This document shows, piece by piece, positions 1 to 12,329 of a stretch of 64,000 bases of DNA. Under the pieces are notes generated by a model. The model was not told the DNA's origin and ran no database searches. It saw only the letters and a program-made list of their open reading frames with translations. Position 1 is the stretch's first letter. Each line of letters begins with the position of its first letter. Origin of the DNA: Octopus vulgaris (taxonomy: Eukaryota); assembly GCA_951406725.2 (NCBI GenBank), contig OX597817.1, forward strand, positions 101,680,001 through 101,744,000. Direction: 5' to 3'. Position numbers and translations under genes: made by a program.

Positions 1-544
1 CGATAGTGACCGTCTATATAATAAAGAGTTGCTTCTCGCTGATTAGCACTAACCTGTGTGCTTAGAACGATCCAATTTAATATTGAGTGAAAACGATCAT
101 CTTTATATATATAGCTATAATCATGTTGACAAGTGGCCAACTAAACTACTTCCAGTTATTACGTAGGAAGCATCCCAAATATGGCATTATATTACCGGTA
201 CGCCATTCTACTTTTTAGGGTATCCCCCATCTGCAAATCATAACAGGATTAACTTCTCTTTCTTTAGCCCACGTCCTGTACACTCGTTTAAAACGTTTTA
301 CATATTTCTGGGTAAATTATAAATAAGTAGGCTTCTTTTTTAATTTTTCAAAGTAGGAGGGTGTAGTTATTTTGAAGGCGTTACTTCATTCGTGTAATTT
401 TATTGTTATGACATCAGAGACAGATTCACTCCTAAGAATGTCGTTATCTGTTCGGCTTTATCTTCTTTTTTAAGGGTCTCTGCTATGTCATTTAGAAATA
501 ATACGCACATATTCATGCATAGAAACATTACAGCACACTCAGAG

Positions 545-1225
<681 letters not shown>

Positions 1226-2539
1226 ACTTTTGACAAAGCTAAAAGTTTTTCATTATAGCTATACGCTTTCTAATGTCATTTATTTGTAGAGGAAAGAGAA
1301 GAAAAATATATTCTATTCCAAATCGGAAGACGAAGGAATCAGAATAAAAAGACAAAAAACGCATAAGTTGTTACGGGAGAAAATATCAAAGCCCGTACAC
1401 TGTGATTTGATTTATTTCTTCATTTTTGGTCTACTCTATCTATTCAACTTTCTTCATCCCTAGTCTAAAAATAAATTTCGTTTACAAACGTGTGGTTATT
1501 CCTAAATATCTTAGCAGAATATTTTGGATTGTCAATTCTTTACTAGCCCTCGCCCACGAAATTCTAGTCGTACTGCTTTACATCGACATTTTTATTAATT
1601 CAGAATGAAAAACGGCAAAACGTGCTCCGAAATTCTAGTTAAAGAGATAAACAGCTCTTCTACTTCAATACCCGCGTCAACGCATACATACATACATACA
1701 TAGATACATACATACATACATACATACATACATACATACATACATACATACATACATACATGCATACATATATGCATGTATCTGTGTATGTATTCTTTTA
1801 TGCGTTTCAGCCCAAAGGCTGTGGCTATGCTGGAGCACCGCTAGTGTTCTCCAACATAGCCTATTCAATGGCCATTTTAATACGACTGACTTTTGGTGCA
1901 GGAGGGATCCTGACATTGCTGCCCTCACTTAAGTTTTTTGACGCGACGTATATATGTACACACATACACACATATACGTATGTACGCATTTTATGTATTT
2001 ACGTATGTATGAATCTATCTATCTCTCAATCTATCTACACCATCACACACACACCCTTAAACGCCTTCCCACTCCACACACACACACTAGCACCGAACGC
2101 TTCTCAGCACCCACACCGCACACCATTGTCCACATACCCACCCAATTTTCAATAGCGTTACAGTATACACCACTACACGAGCAGCTACACAAACGCTGTT
2201 TAACTCAGTACACACACCACACACCATAATGCACACCCCCATACCAACACAAGCACATAATACCTGACATAGACAGTATATACACACACACGCAAGACGC
2301 ATAGACAAAGATAACTTTTCGCCGTAAGCATACACTATTCGCATGCACACTATTTCGTCACACACACGAGCGTGCGCGCGCGCATTGAACTCACTAACCC
2401 TCATTCACACACACACACGTTAGACTCACTCGCTCCCATTCACAGATACACACTCACACACACCATTCTCACATCCACATACAGAGGCTTGCGTACTTTC
2501 GTTCGTTGGGGTCACTATTTACCGTTATGATTATTATTT

Positions 2540-2775
2540 TTCTTATATCCCTTTCATTCAACTTCTTTTTTCCAGTCCTTTCGCCATCTTCGACCGTTGA
2601 ACTCAGCACTTTTTTTCTCGCTCTGTTTTTTTCATACTCTCTCCATTTTTTTCCTCTTGATCCTTTCTGTTGGAGAGCGTAGGCTCGAAACGTGAAAGAT
2701 TTTTCCACTAATGCACCTACTTGTTGCTCCTATACTTGTCTTCGTTTTTTATTTTCTGTAAATTTGAACTATAAC
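2540..2775 (+). mobile_element. Penelope pseudo-LTR-like fragment with variant hammerhead motif
   Basis: 2663-2698 reads cttt-CTGTTGG-a-gagc(gtag)gctc-GAAA-cg-TG-aaag. Stems I and II and GAAA are present, but the core deviates from CUGANGA. Confidence 0.45.
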
Positions 2776-2899
2776 CCCATAAACCGGTGTTATCTAGCTT
2801 TATTTATACAATATACTGCTCTAACTTTGAGTGTGCTTCTTTTTCGGATTTATGTTTTACTAACGATATATCTATATCTGTATGTATTTTAGACTAAAT

Positions 2900-3874
2900 G
2901 AGATAACAAAGCCAGGGATGTGAGGAGTTTTCAGAACATTTATAAGGAAAAATGTATAGATATAATCTTACAGCTGTTTCTGAGATATTATGGATATCCC
3001 TTCATCAGAGACGGGGTGCTATGGTTAAATAGAGGTATATATATTTGAGTTCGAAATAAGGAATTATTATGGAAAAGGAGGAGATAGGGAATATAGATGG
3101 AAATAAGAGAATGAAAGTAGAAATAAAATATATCAAAATATTTTAGTTGCAGTTCAAATATTCGAGGAAAGTGTATAGAAATGGTAAAAGAGTTTCTTGT
3201 ACATAGTACATAGTAGTTCCTGTTTAGTCATTTCAAAGTATGGAGCTGTAGATTCTGTGTTGCTCATTCGAAAGGATTTTATGGTGTAAATGAAGATTTG
3301 AGAATGTATTGGTAGTATTTGTGGATAGATGGGGTGGGGAGTGATGTGTATGATTAGAATGAAGATATAGGTCAAAATAAAAACAGGAAGAGAAAATGAG
3401 AGGGAGAAAGTGAGAAAAAAGACAAAAAATAGAGACAGAGAAACAAAAGAGGTAAAAAGACTGGAAAAATGAAGAAAGGGTGAAAGAAATGAGAAAAGTA
3501 GTGTTAATTGGTGGTCAAGATAATGTGAAGTGATGATGGGAGAGGAGGGGAGGGATAGGAAGAGATGAGAAGGTTAGGAGAGAATAAGTGTGAGATATAT
3601 GAGTAGGGGTGATATGATAGGGCTGCATTAAGGGATAGGTAGAGAAAAGGTATGGGTGGGGTGATACCAAAGTGAGTGGTAGTTTTAGTAGTAAGATTTA
3701 TAGGGGAGGGAAGAATATAAGGATGTCAAATTTCTATAGAAAGACTATGTGATAGCTTAGTGTAATAGGTAGGAATCAGAGAGGAGAAAAGAAGGTATAA
3801 TGACATATGTACGAGCGTATGTCATTATGTATACACACACACATATATGCAGATATATACATACGCATATACAT

Positions 3875-3923
<49 letters not shown>

Positions 3924-4686
3924 TGCTCACGCCCAACCATAAATGTATTCATACACGCATATGCATGCGCATACATATACACATAAATTCACATGCAGAT
4001 ACATACACACAGGCGCACACTTACGTATACATATATACGCATACACACTCATATATATTTGTATATACATATGCTCATACATATACATACACACACGGAC
4101 ACACATATATATACATACATATACCCATATACATATACACACATATAAATATGTGCATACACATTTACACACACACATATGTATCCGCTTGTATGTCCAT
4201 ATATGTAGTATTAAATTACTGAGATCCTTAAAGTAGGATAGGGGAATTATGAAATTAAAGATTAAAAATTAAAAATTAAAAATTAAAATGGAGATAAAGG
4301 AAAGTTAAGTAGGGTTGTTAGGGATTATCCAAGGGGTGTTGTGGATATATGCAGTGTGATTATTTGGGTTGCATTTAGATTTGTGGTAAAATTTGAAGGT
4401 ATGGAAAAAGCGGTGGTTGCATGTACTTAGGGCCTCATTATATTTATTCAGTAGTGTCGAAGAGGTGTGTTTTAATATGTGGAATGCCTCTTTTAGGCAT
4501 AACTTACAGGCTAAACGTTGACCTTGGTATGGAAGCTCTGAATCTATTATTGACCACGACAAAGTATAGGGAATATTTCTATTTTTGAGATGATGTATGT
4601 GACTGGTGAGTGTTGTGGATTTACTGTTTCTTGTATCTAAAAGAATTGAGATGAGCAGCATATCGCTGTTTAAAATTATGGTTGAT

Positions 4687-4727
<41 letters not shown>

Positions 4728-5040
4728 CTGTAGAATTGTGTAAAGTGTTGAGGACGGTGCATTTATAAATTACATTAGATCTTCTACAATGGGTTTATAG
4801 AGGGCAGATGGACCCAGGTCGGCAGTTACAAGAGGGTGTATATTGCGGATTATTTCCAGGAATGAACGAGGTAATACTGTCAAAGGAGAGGTTAGAGATG
4901 GGGCTAGAAAGGTCTATGTTATTAGTATTATTATTACTATTTTAGTTATTATTGCTATCGTTGTTGGTAATTATTCTATCTGTAACGGTGGTGGAAGTTG
5001 TGGTGGTATTCTGGATAGTGTTAGTAAGATAGGTTGAGCT
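2900..5040 (-). mobile_element. 5'-truncated Naiad-type Penelope-like retroelement (GIY-YIG remnant, long 3' region, hammerhead)
   Basis: Minus translation of 4840-4305: CNCRPGSICPL*THC (CxCx5Cx5C linker), VIYKCTV...YIGST, then WSII..CKLCLKE..LLNK..STCNH. Hammerhead lies downstream on the same strand. Confidence 0.85.
2965..3012 (-). ncRNA. Minimal type I hammerhead ribozyme in the 3' pseudo-LTR of a Penelope-like element
   Basis: Minus strand: gtct-CTGATGA-a-gggatat(ccata)atatctc-a-GAAA-cagctg-TA-agat. Palindromic stem III (CAGCTG). A.A mismatch at the base of stem II. Confidence 0.8.
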
Positions 5041-5339
5041 TTAGTTGTGATCTAATGTATTGGGTTCGATGCTGGAGCTGCGTACATGTTGGATACCTGT
5101 TTGTTCAGAGTTGATATAGCATGAGTTTGATAAGAGAGAGAAAGCACGCCCGGCGTGCAAACGTTTCTGCCAGCTCTTACTATATATAGTAAGAGGAGGG
5201 CAGCTATGGCGTTCGTTGTTTGTGTTGCTTGATATGAAAAACATGTCTAATCGGAGCAATGTTACTGATACCGAGTCGCTTTCGGATATAACTCCTTCTT
5301 GCATTCCATATTTTACCTCTTAATAATTAGTAACTCAGC

Positions 5340-5800
5340 TGTCATGAGCCCTCACGATGACGTAGGCATGTACTAGTATGGCAACACAAAGTTTCCGAAT
5401 CTCGGACACTTGAAGTCACTTCAACGGAAGACACAGCTGTGCGGGCAGCCGAAGGGTCACGACTGCTTTTGTTTTTAATACAACATCCGTGTAACCTTAT
5501 AAGCGAGTAAACTTCAGAAGTAACTCTATAATCGCAGGCATTCCAGATAACGCAATCACCACAACGAAAGTTCAGCCATCTAATTGTTGTTCCTTAAGAT
5601 TTGAGTCTTGACATGCAATGGAAAGCGAAAATAGAAAAGATGAGACACCACAAGTACCCACAAATCAAATTTTATAGTGACAGGTGCTTGTGTAACATGA
5701 GTGCTATCTTGAAATGTACGAAGCCGTTAAGTCAGCAACAAGCAAAAATAAATAAATAAAATAAAAATTTACAAAAACTTCAAATACCACTGGTCTGAAG
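5340..5800 (+). promoter_or_regulatory. Candidate promoter or first non-coding exon
   Basis: Non-repetitive and CpG-richer. TGACGTA (CRE-like, ~5358), ATGGCAAC (RFX half X-box, ~5378), CGGAAG (ETS, ~5425), possible donor GAA|GTAAGA at 5799/5800. Motif evidence only. Confidence 0.25.
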
Positions 5801-5839
5801 TAAGAGAAACGTTTTAATATATTCACACACAACGTTAGC

Positions 5840-6036
5840 GAGATGGCAAAATCGTTCGCACTCTGGACAAAGTAGTTAGCGGCATTCCATCCGTCTTTAA
5901 GTTCTGAGTTCAAATTCCGCCGAGGTCGATTTTACTTTTCATCCTTTTAGAGTTGATGAAATAAATAAGTATCTGTCGAGCACGGGGGTCGATGTAATCG
6001 ACTTATGCCCTTCCCCTAAACTGTCGGCCTTGAAAC
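5840..6036 (+). mobile_element. tRNA-derived SINE, family A
   Basis: B-box GAGTTCAAATTCC followed by gccgaggtcga...tttcatcc...ggggtcgatgtaatcgac, shared with about ten copies in the window. Confidence 0.85.
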
Positions 6037-6129
6037 CAATATATGCACGCATGCACACACATGCGCGCGCGTGTGTCTGTGTGTGTATGCCAGATGTGAG
6101 GTACTGGCTACAATAATCACACACACAAA

Positions 6130-6376
6130 ATTTATTGGATGGCTGCTAACTCTCCTGAGATCATCCACGGTTTGACAAGTTTCGCTTTTAATCCTGTAAA
6201 GAACCCAGAAGTTACCAACAACAATCAGACTTGAGAAGATTACTGGTTTAGTCGTCTGACTCGACCATGCAGCAGCGTGTTGAGTTACATGTTACCAGCA
6301 GCATTCACCAGCAACGTACGTACGTACGTACATACATACATACATACATACATACATACATACATACATACATACA

Positions 6377-6407
<31 letters not shown>

Positions 6408-6692
6408 GGGATTGCGCCTAGAGAGTTCCCCTGCAAAGTCTTTATCACAAGTCCGAGCAAGGAATTTCTGGAAGACAAGCAGTCACCCATGCATACCAGC
6501 CTCCTCTCTCTACACCCCCGATGTTTTCCAAGGGAAAGGCAAAGGCCGATACAGCTTGGCACCAATGACGTCACAACTCATTTCTACAGCTGAGTGAACT
6601 GGAGCAACGGGAATAATAAAGCATCTTACTCAAAAACATAACACACAGCCAGGTCCGGGAATCGAAATCACTACCTCATGATTGCGAGCCCA
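6130..6692 (-). mobile_element. tRNA-derived SINE with 5'-clipped head, interrupted by (TACA)n
   Basis: Minus strand: gggctcgcaatcatgaggtagtgatttcgattcccggacc (tRNA-like, B-box), then a body gttgctccagttcactcagctgtagaaatg. Confidence 0.7.
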
Positions 6693-6792
6693 ACGAAGAC
6701 GTACAAACATACGTACGTACACACATCATACATACATACATACATACATACATACATACATACATACATACATACATACATACATACATACA

Positions 6793-6823
<31 letters not shown>

Positions 6824-7006
6824 GCAAAGTAAGCAGCATCAATCTGAAATAAAAGCATAGACATGAAATATATATATAAAAATGATAATTTACTGCCTGG
6901 AAGTCATTGTATAATTCATAGACGGTGTAATTCCATCTGCCCTTCAAACTCTATGCCTTACTAACTCACGTGCCATTAACTGTGTTCCTCCTTGCATTAA
7001 ATGCAG

Positions 7007-7131
7007 ATGTTTGTGATAAAGGCAGGTTGGAGTCTAACTTCGTTCGCTGTCATTATACGATGAGGAATTTACACGTGTTCGTTACGCTGTGTTTGCTTCT
7101 ATTAATTAATAATATGTGGAGACTATCTCAA
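7007..7131 (+). CDS. Candidate host exon: 5'UTR plus ATG (7060) and signal-peptide-like MRNLHVFVTLCLLLLINNMWRLSQ
   Basis: TACTAAC at ~6959-6965, pyrimidine-rich tract, TGCAG acceptor, acgATG start, basic-then-hydrophobic 24-codon frame, phase-0 donor CAA|GTAAAA. No downstream exon confirmed. Confidence 0.3.
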
Positions 7132-7193
7132 GTAAAATAATAATAATCAATTAAACGAAGAATGCGTGTGTATTTACATATGTGCATGCGTGT

Positions 7194-7251
<58 letters not shown>

Positions 7252-7809
7252 TGTCACTCATGAGGGCTACTCGTAATATGTCTGATACTACCCGTTGTAT
7301 GATCGAGTCGTTGACCATAAACCGTCTCCCCGGCTAGGCTTGCCTGGTAAGGATGATTGCTAGAAACCAAATAGGACAAAAAACAATATCTGTCAAAAAG
7401 ACGGATGAACTAAACGTAGAATCAACGACTATCTAGCCTTTGTGCGAGGGCATAGCAACATTCATGCTGCTGAATGAGCGTGCCGCACGATCATCGGCAG
7501 TGAGATACTCCTATTTTCCTCAGAACATCTGTTTACAGGAAGGATGCTCTGATGTATAGCCTGAGGATACTCAAGCCAGAGCTGAGCGACCGGTTGGAAA
7601 GAGAGGGCAAGAGAGAGGGAGAGAGAGAGAGAGCGTCAGGGAGGAAACAAGGGAAGGAATGAAGGAGGAAATGGGGAAAGAGAAAGGCTAGAAATAGAAG
7701 TAAGAGGGCGAGAGAAAGAAAAAAAAGCAGAAAGAAGAAATGTTAGAAATAGAAGTAAGATGGGGCAAGAGAGAAAAGAAGGTGAAAGAAGGAAAGCTAG
7801 AAATAGAGT

Positions 7810-8382
7810 CGTCAACATCCACGATCTCAGACATCCCAAATTAAAGAAGGATTTACAACCAAAAGCCTTACCATACATCTCCACACACAACCCACTTAAC
7901 AATGAAGCCTTCGACACCATCCTCCAAAACATTCCCCTACTAAAAAGGGAGCACAGAATGAATTTAAACTCAAAAAGCACCATCATAGAAAGCAAAAGAC
8001 AGCCCAAGTTTATGAAAAGTCTCCTAACACAAGCCCGAATACGCTCAACAACACTGAAGCCGTCAGTAAAATAATGCGGAAGACATAACTGTGGTTTATG
8101 TATTAACTTATTTGAGGGATCAGAGTTCTCTTTCAAACAGGGTCAGCGTTTCACAGTGAAAAGCAACTTCACATGTGCTTCAGGTAACCTGATATATGTG
8201 TTAACCTGCTCTGGGTGTCGTGAGCAATACATATATCAAACCAAAATTAGTCTATGTCAAATTTAATTGTTTTTCATGCTTTACTCTAAGTCGAAAAAGT
8301 CGCAGAGACTGAAACCGGTACTAAAATGTTCTTCATGATAAAATTATTTAAGCATTTTCTACCTTGTCTTATTTTCCTTATT

Positions 8383-8385
<3 letters not shown>
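7810..8385 (+). mobile_element. Neptune-type Penelope-like fragment (linker plus GIY-YIG), internally deleted
   Basis: LPYISTHNP...KRQPK...K*CGRHNCGLC...FTCASGNLIYVLTCSGCREQYIY. Degenerate hammerhead (agtc-gcaga-gact-GAAA-ccgg-TA) at ~8287-8324. Confidence 0.85.
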
Positions 8386-8412
<27 letters not shown>

Positions 8413-8413
<1 letters not shown>

Positions 8414-8715
8414 TCACCGTGATCACCGTGACCGACCAGGCTATCAGATGTTGCTACACATCGCTGGTCACAATGCGCTTCGCATTGTTTTAGCCTTCAA
8501 ATGACGCCACCCCGCTGGCTAAGCGAGCAGGCCAACAGAAGAAAGAGCGAGAGAAAGTTATGGCGAAAGAATACAGCAGGGATCACCACCACCCACTGCT
8601 GCTGGCTCGTGGAGCTTTAGGTGTTTTCGCTCAATAAACATTCACAACGCCCGGTCTTGGAATCGAAACCGCGATCCTACGACCGCGAGTCCGCTGCCCT
8701 AACCATTGCGCCTCC
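8413..8715 (-). mobile_element. tRNA-derived SINE, family C, apparently full length
   Basis: Minus head ggaggcgcaatggttagggcagcggactcgcggtcgtaggatcgcggtttcgattcc (A/B boxes). Ends cacggtgatcacggtgaa into (TA)n. Confidence 0.85.
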
Positions 8716-8874
8716 ACACACACACACACACACACATACACATATATATATATATACATACATACATACATACATACACATGTGTGTGTTTGTGCGTGTG
8801 TGTGTGTATGTCTATATGTGTGTCTGTGTGTATAAGCATGTATGTATGTATGCATGTATGTATGCATGTATGTA

Positions 8875-8964
<90 letters not shown>

Positions 8965-10560
8965 CTAGCTGGCCCCGTTCCGTCAAAAATGACGGCTAAT
9001 TGTTGTTTTTATATATAAACTAGCAGTATCACCCGGCGTTGCTCGGGTTTGTAAGGGAAATAACTATATAAGCATTTTTAGAGAGTTATAGCAAAAAAAT
9101 AGCAAAAAACTGCATTAAAAATGGGAAACAAATTATGGTAAATTTTTTTTTAATGCGTTGACTCATCGTAGACATTTTTAGAGAGTTACTTCCCTTATAT
9201 AATAGCGAAAAAATGCATTAAAATGGAAAAAAATGATGGTAAATTTTTTTTTTTAAATCGTAGACTCATCGTAGACGCTCGCTAATACCCAAAAGGGCTC
9301 GATATGAATCACGACTATAAGATATCCGGTTTTGGTTAAACTGCACCGCAAAATGTGGGAGTAGTTAGGAATCTAAATCGTAGGAGACAGACACACAACT
9401 TCACTTTTATATATAAAGATAAGGTGCAAAACCAAGTTTTTAGTTTAATAATTCTTTTATTACCAAATATATATTATACCTTTCAACTGCAGCCGTGCTA
9501 TATTCTTGATACACTCAGGCAATAACTATTTTTTTAATGAGTTTGTATATTATATGTTTGTGTAGGTGTGTGTGATTATAACAATTATTTTGTAGCAAAA
9601 CAGATAGAATATGGATGGTAAATCAAATTAATACACTTGTCAATGTTATCTAGTGGTTGTTTTTTGAGATGTGACATCGATCATCGTTTGTTACTGAAAG
9701 AACATTGGTTCACACATACATTCACATACTTACCTTGTACACGTACACACATACATGCATATACCCACACTGAGTTGAAACGCTGTTAGATTTTTCTTTT
9801 TAGCTTTGAATGTTCACCATCCCACTTCCAATGCGCACACACACACACAGAAATATTCACATACTTCCCTTTTACATACATACACATATACACACACAAA
9901 GTTGAAACGCTTTCACTGCCTTCTTTCCTTATTCATCTGTCACCTCTTCCTACAAGAGTATTATTACAGTAGGTACATACATAAACCGTGCTGCGTGTCA
10001 ATGAGTTAATTATTTTCTTCTAAGAATGTAATCAGCTCCTCTCATAACGCGTTCCATGACTTTACTTATGCATGAAATCAAAAACAGACAGGCCTGCAAT
10101 ATTAAACATTTGCTCTGCTTCGTCGTTTATAAACGAATCATAATATATCATTTTAAGAACTTGTTTATAAGCTTACCACATGAAAGAACACCTCTAAAAA
10201 AAAGCATCTTCAGTGATTTTGCCTGAGGTTTCCTGTATGTTTTAAAAGATACGCTGGGAAACAATCAGAGCCTGCTGCTGAATTTAAGCTCATTTCGAAA
10301 CGGCATATATTACACCCTCCTGTTTTATATGGATGTAATCAATGGTCGTTATGTCTCTGTACAGAGACGTACTGTCAAAGAACTCAGCAGGTTTATGTCC
10401 TTCCATATGTACTTGCGGGGAGGTGACAACACTTTGGAGTTGTTTATTTAATTACTCACTTATCCATTTGGGGACTGTAACCAGTGACCTATTTCCTTCC
10501 AACAAAGATACCACTTTGTAACGCCCTGAGGTGGAATCTTTTACAAATTTATAGAAGACC
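8965..10560 (-). mobile_element. Non-autonomous Helitron (outer). 3' end clear, 5' boundary uncertain
   Basis: CTAG at 8965-8968 with subterminal hairpin ccgtca-aaaa-tgacgg (8980-8995). The upper boundary is a guess. Confidence 0.45.
9020..9419 (-). mobile_element. 400-bp non-autonomous Helitron nested in another Helitron
   Basis: Minus strand A|TCtttatatataaaag ... cccgagcaacgccggg hairpin ... CTAG|T. Internal ~100-bp tandem duplication. Homologous to 31930-32160. Confidence 0.9.
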
Positions 10561-10839
10561 TTAGATCTTTATATGTTCTACAGCTCTGATTTCTATTCTT
10601 ACCTCTTTTCATTGGAGATTATGAGTTTGGTTCCGATCTCTAAAGTGTCTTTGATGTGGGATTTCTCGTTGACCTTAAATGATAAGATATCATTATCCTT
10701 CGTTTTCTATGAATTTCCTATCTCAAGGAAACAATATTTAACATTTCATACATGTTTTAATAACAGAGTTTTATGCAGATGGTTTGCATTATTGACATAC
10801 TTTCTTTATGTCATTGTCATATCTGTGTGGCTGAATATG

Positions 10840-10889
<50 letters not shown>

Positions 10890-11440
10890 CGTGCATAAAT
10901 GGACGTTTTGAGGACTTATACATATACACACGAATTTGTGCATCCGTCATTTTGTATTATATTTCGTGCTGTGTTAGTAAGTAGATGCAAATCAGTCGAC
11001 TTCATAGATTTTGTAACAATGAATAAATACAGTATTGAGAAAACCGTTCCTGCAGATAGATATATACACGTATTATTTATATTTACATTTACGTACATGT
11101 GTGTGTATGTACGTGTGTGTCTGTGTGTGTCTGTGCGTGTTTGCATATGTGTGTTTGCACGTGCGTGTGTACATGAACACACGCACACACATGCGCACAC
11201 AAACACGCATGCACATACGCGCACACACACACACACACACACTCACACACACACACACACACACACACACAGATAGTGTAAATGTACCGAAAACACAAAA
11301 TGAAACGATTAAATTTGAATTCAATATGATGCAATATAATTCAAGAAAATTTTGTCTTTTGACATAATGGCGAATATTTGTAAAGTAAGAAATTCTGAAT
11401 ACATATTTCATCTTTTCCCCTGTTACATCTAATGTACATA

Positions 11441-11484
<44 letters not shown>

Positions 11485-11588
11485 TTTCAGCGGGGGTGCC
11501 CCAGCATGGCCGTGGCTTTCGGGCTAAAACATTTTTAAGGATTTAAGGATATATATATATGGGGGATATATGTGTGTGTGCATATATA

Positions 11589-11624
<36 letters not shown>

Positions 11625-12329
11625 TGTATGTATGTATGTATGTATGTATGTATGTATGTATGTGAGTGTGTGTTTACCGTACGAATTCTAAACTTGAATA
11701 ACAAGTACATCTTTACATCTCCAAGGTAGGGTATTTATATGTCTACAAAGGATTATATTCTTAAAGCCTTTTGTTGACTATTTTCTTGCATAGATTTACG
11801 TTTATACCATGCATGTGCTTGTTACATGCACACAAACACGTAGGAATATGCATACAGAGAGACAAACATACATGCATGCATCCATATACTTTTCCATAGA
11901 TGTATGAGAGTATTTGGATATGCATATATTCGCTAATTAAACAGATGTGTACACAGAAACATATGCGGGAATATGTGTGCGCGTATGTGTACAAGAGTTA
12001 CGAAATGGAGTATGGGAAATTCGGGCTACATATGTTTCTCTTTCTCTCTCTCTCTCTCGATATATATATATATATATATATATATTAATTCTTTTATTCT
12101 TTTATGTGTTTCAGTTATTTGACTGCGACCATGCCGGAGCACTACCTTATATATATAAAACAGTTTAGCTTGGTGTAAATACACCTAATCCGAAGAATTT
12201 ACTGGTTTATATTACCTACATCAATAACAATGTTACTTCAATAGGTAAATAAAATAAACATACAGTTTATTAATATATAAATATAAATCAGAAATGGAAA
12301 AACAAAACAAAACAATAGAATATAGACAA

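Noticed and set aside
5618-5760. Short ORF MESENRKDETPQ... with good Kozak context as a first coding exon
   Set aside because: No recognisable homology and only a weak donor. It could be an upstream ORF or chance.
8650-8715. tRNA gene
   Set aside because: A and B boxes are present, but there is no complete cloverleaf and the sequence continues into a SINE body. The same applies to the other SINE heads.
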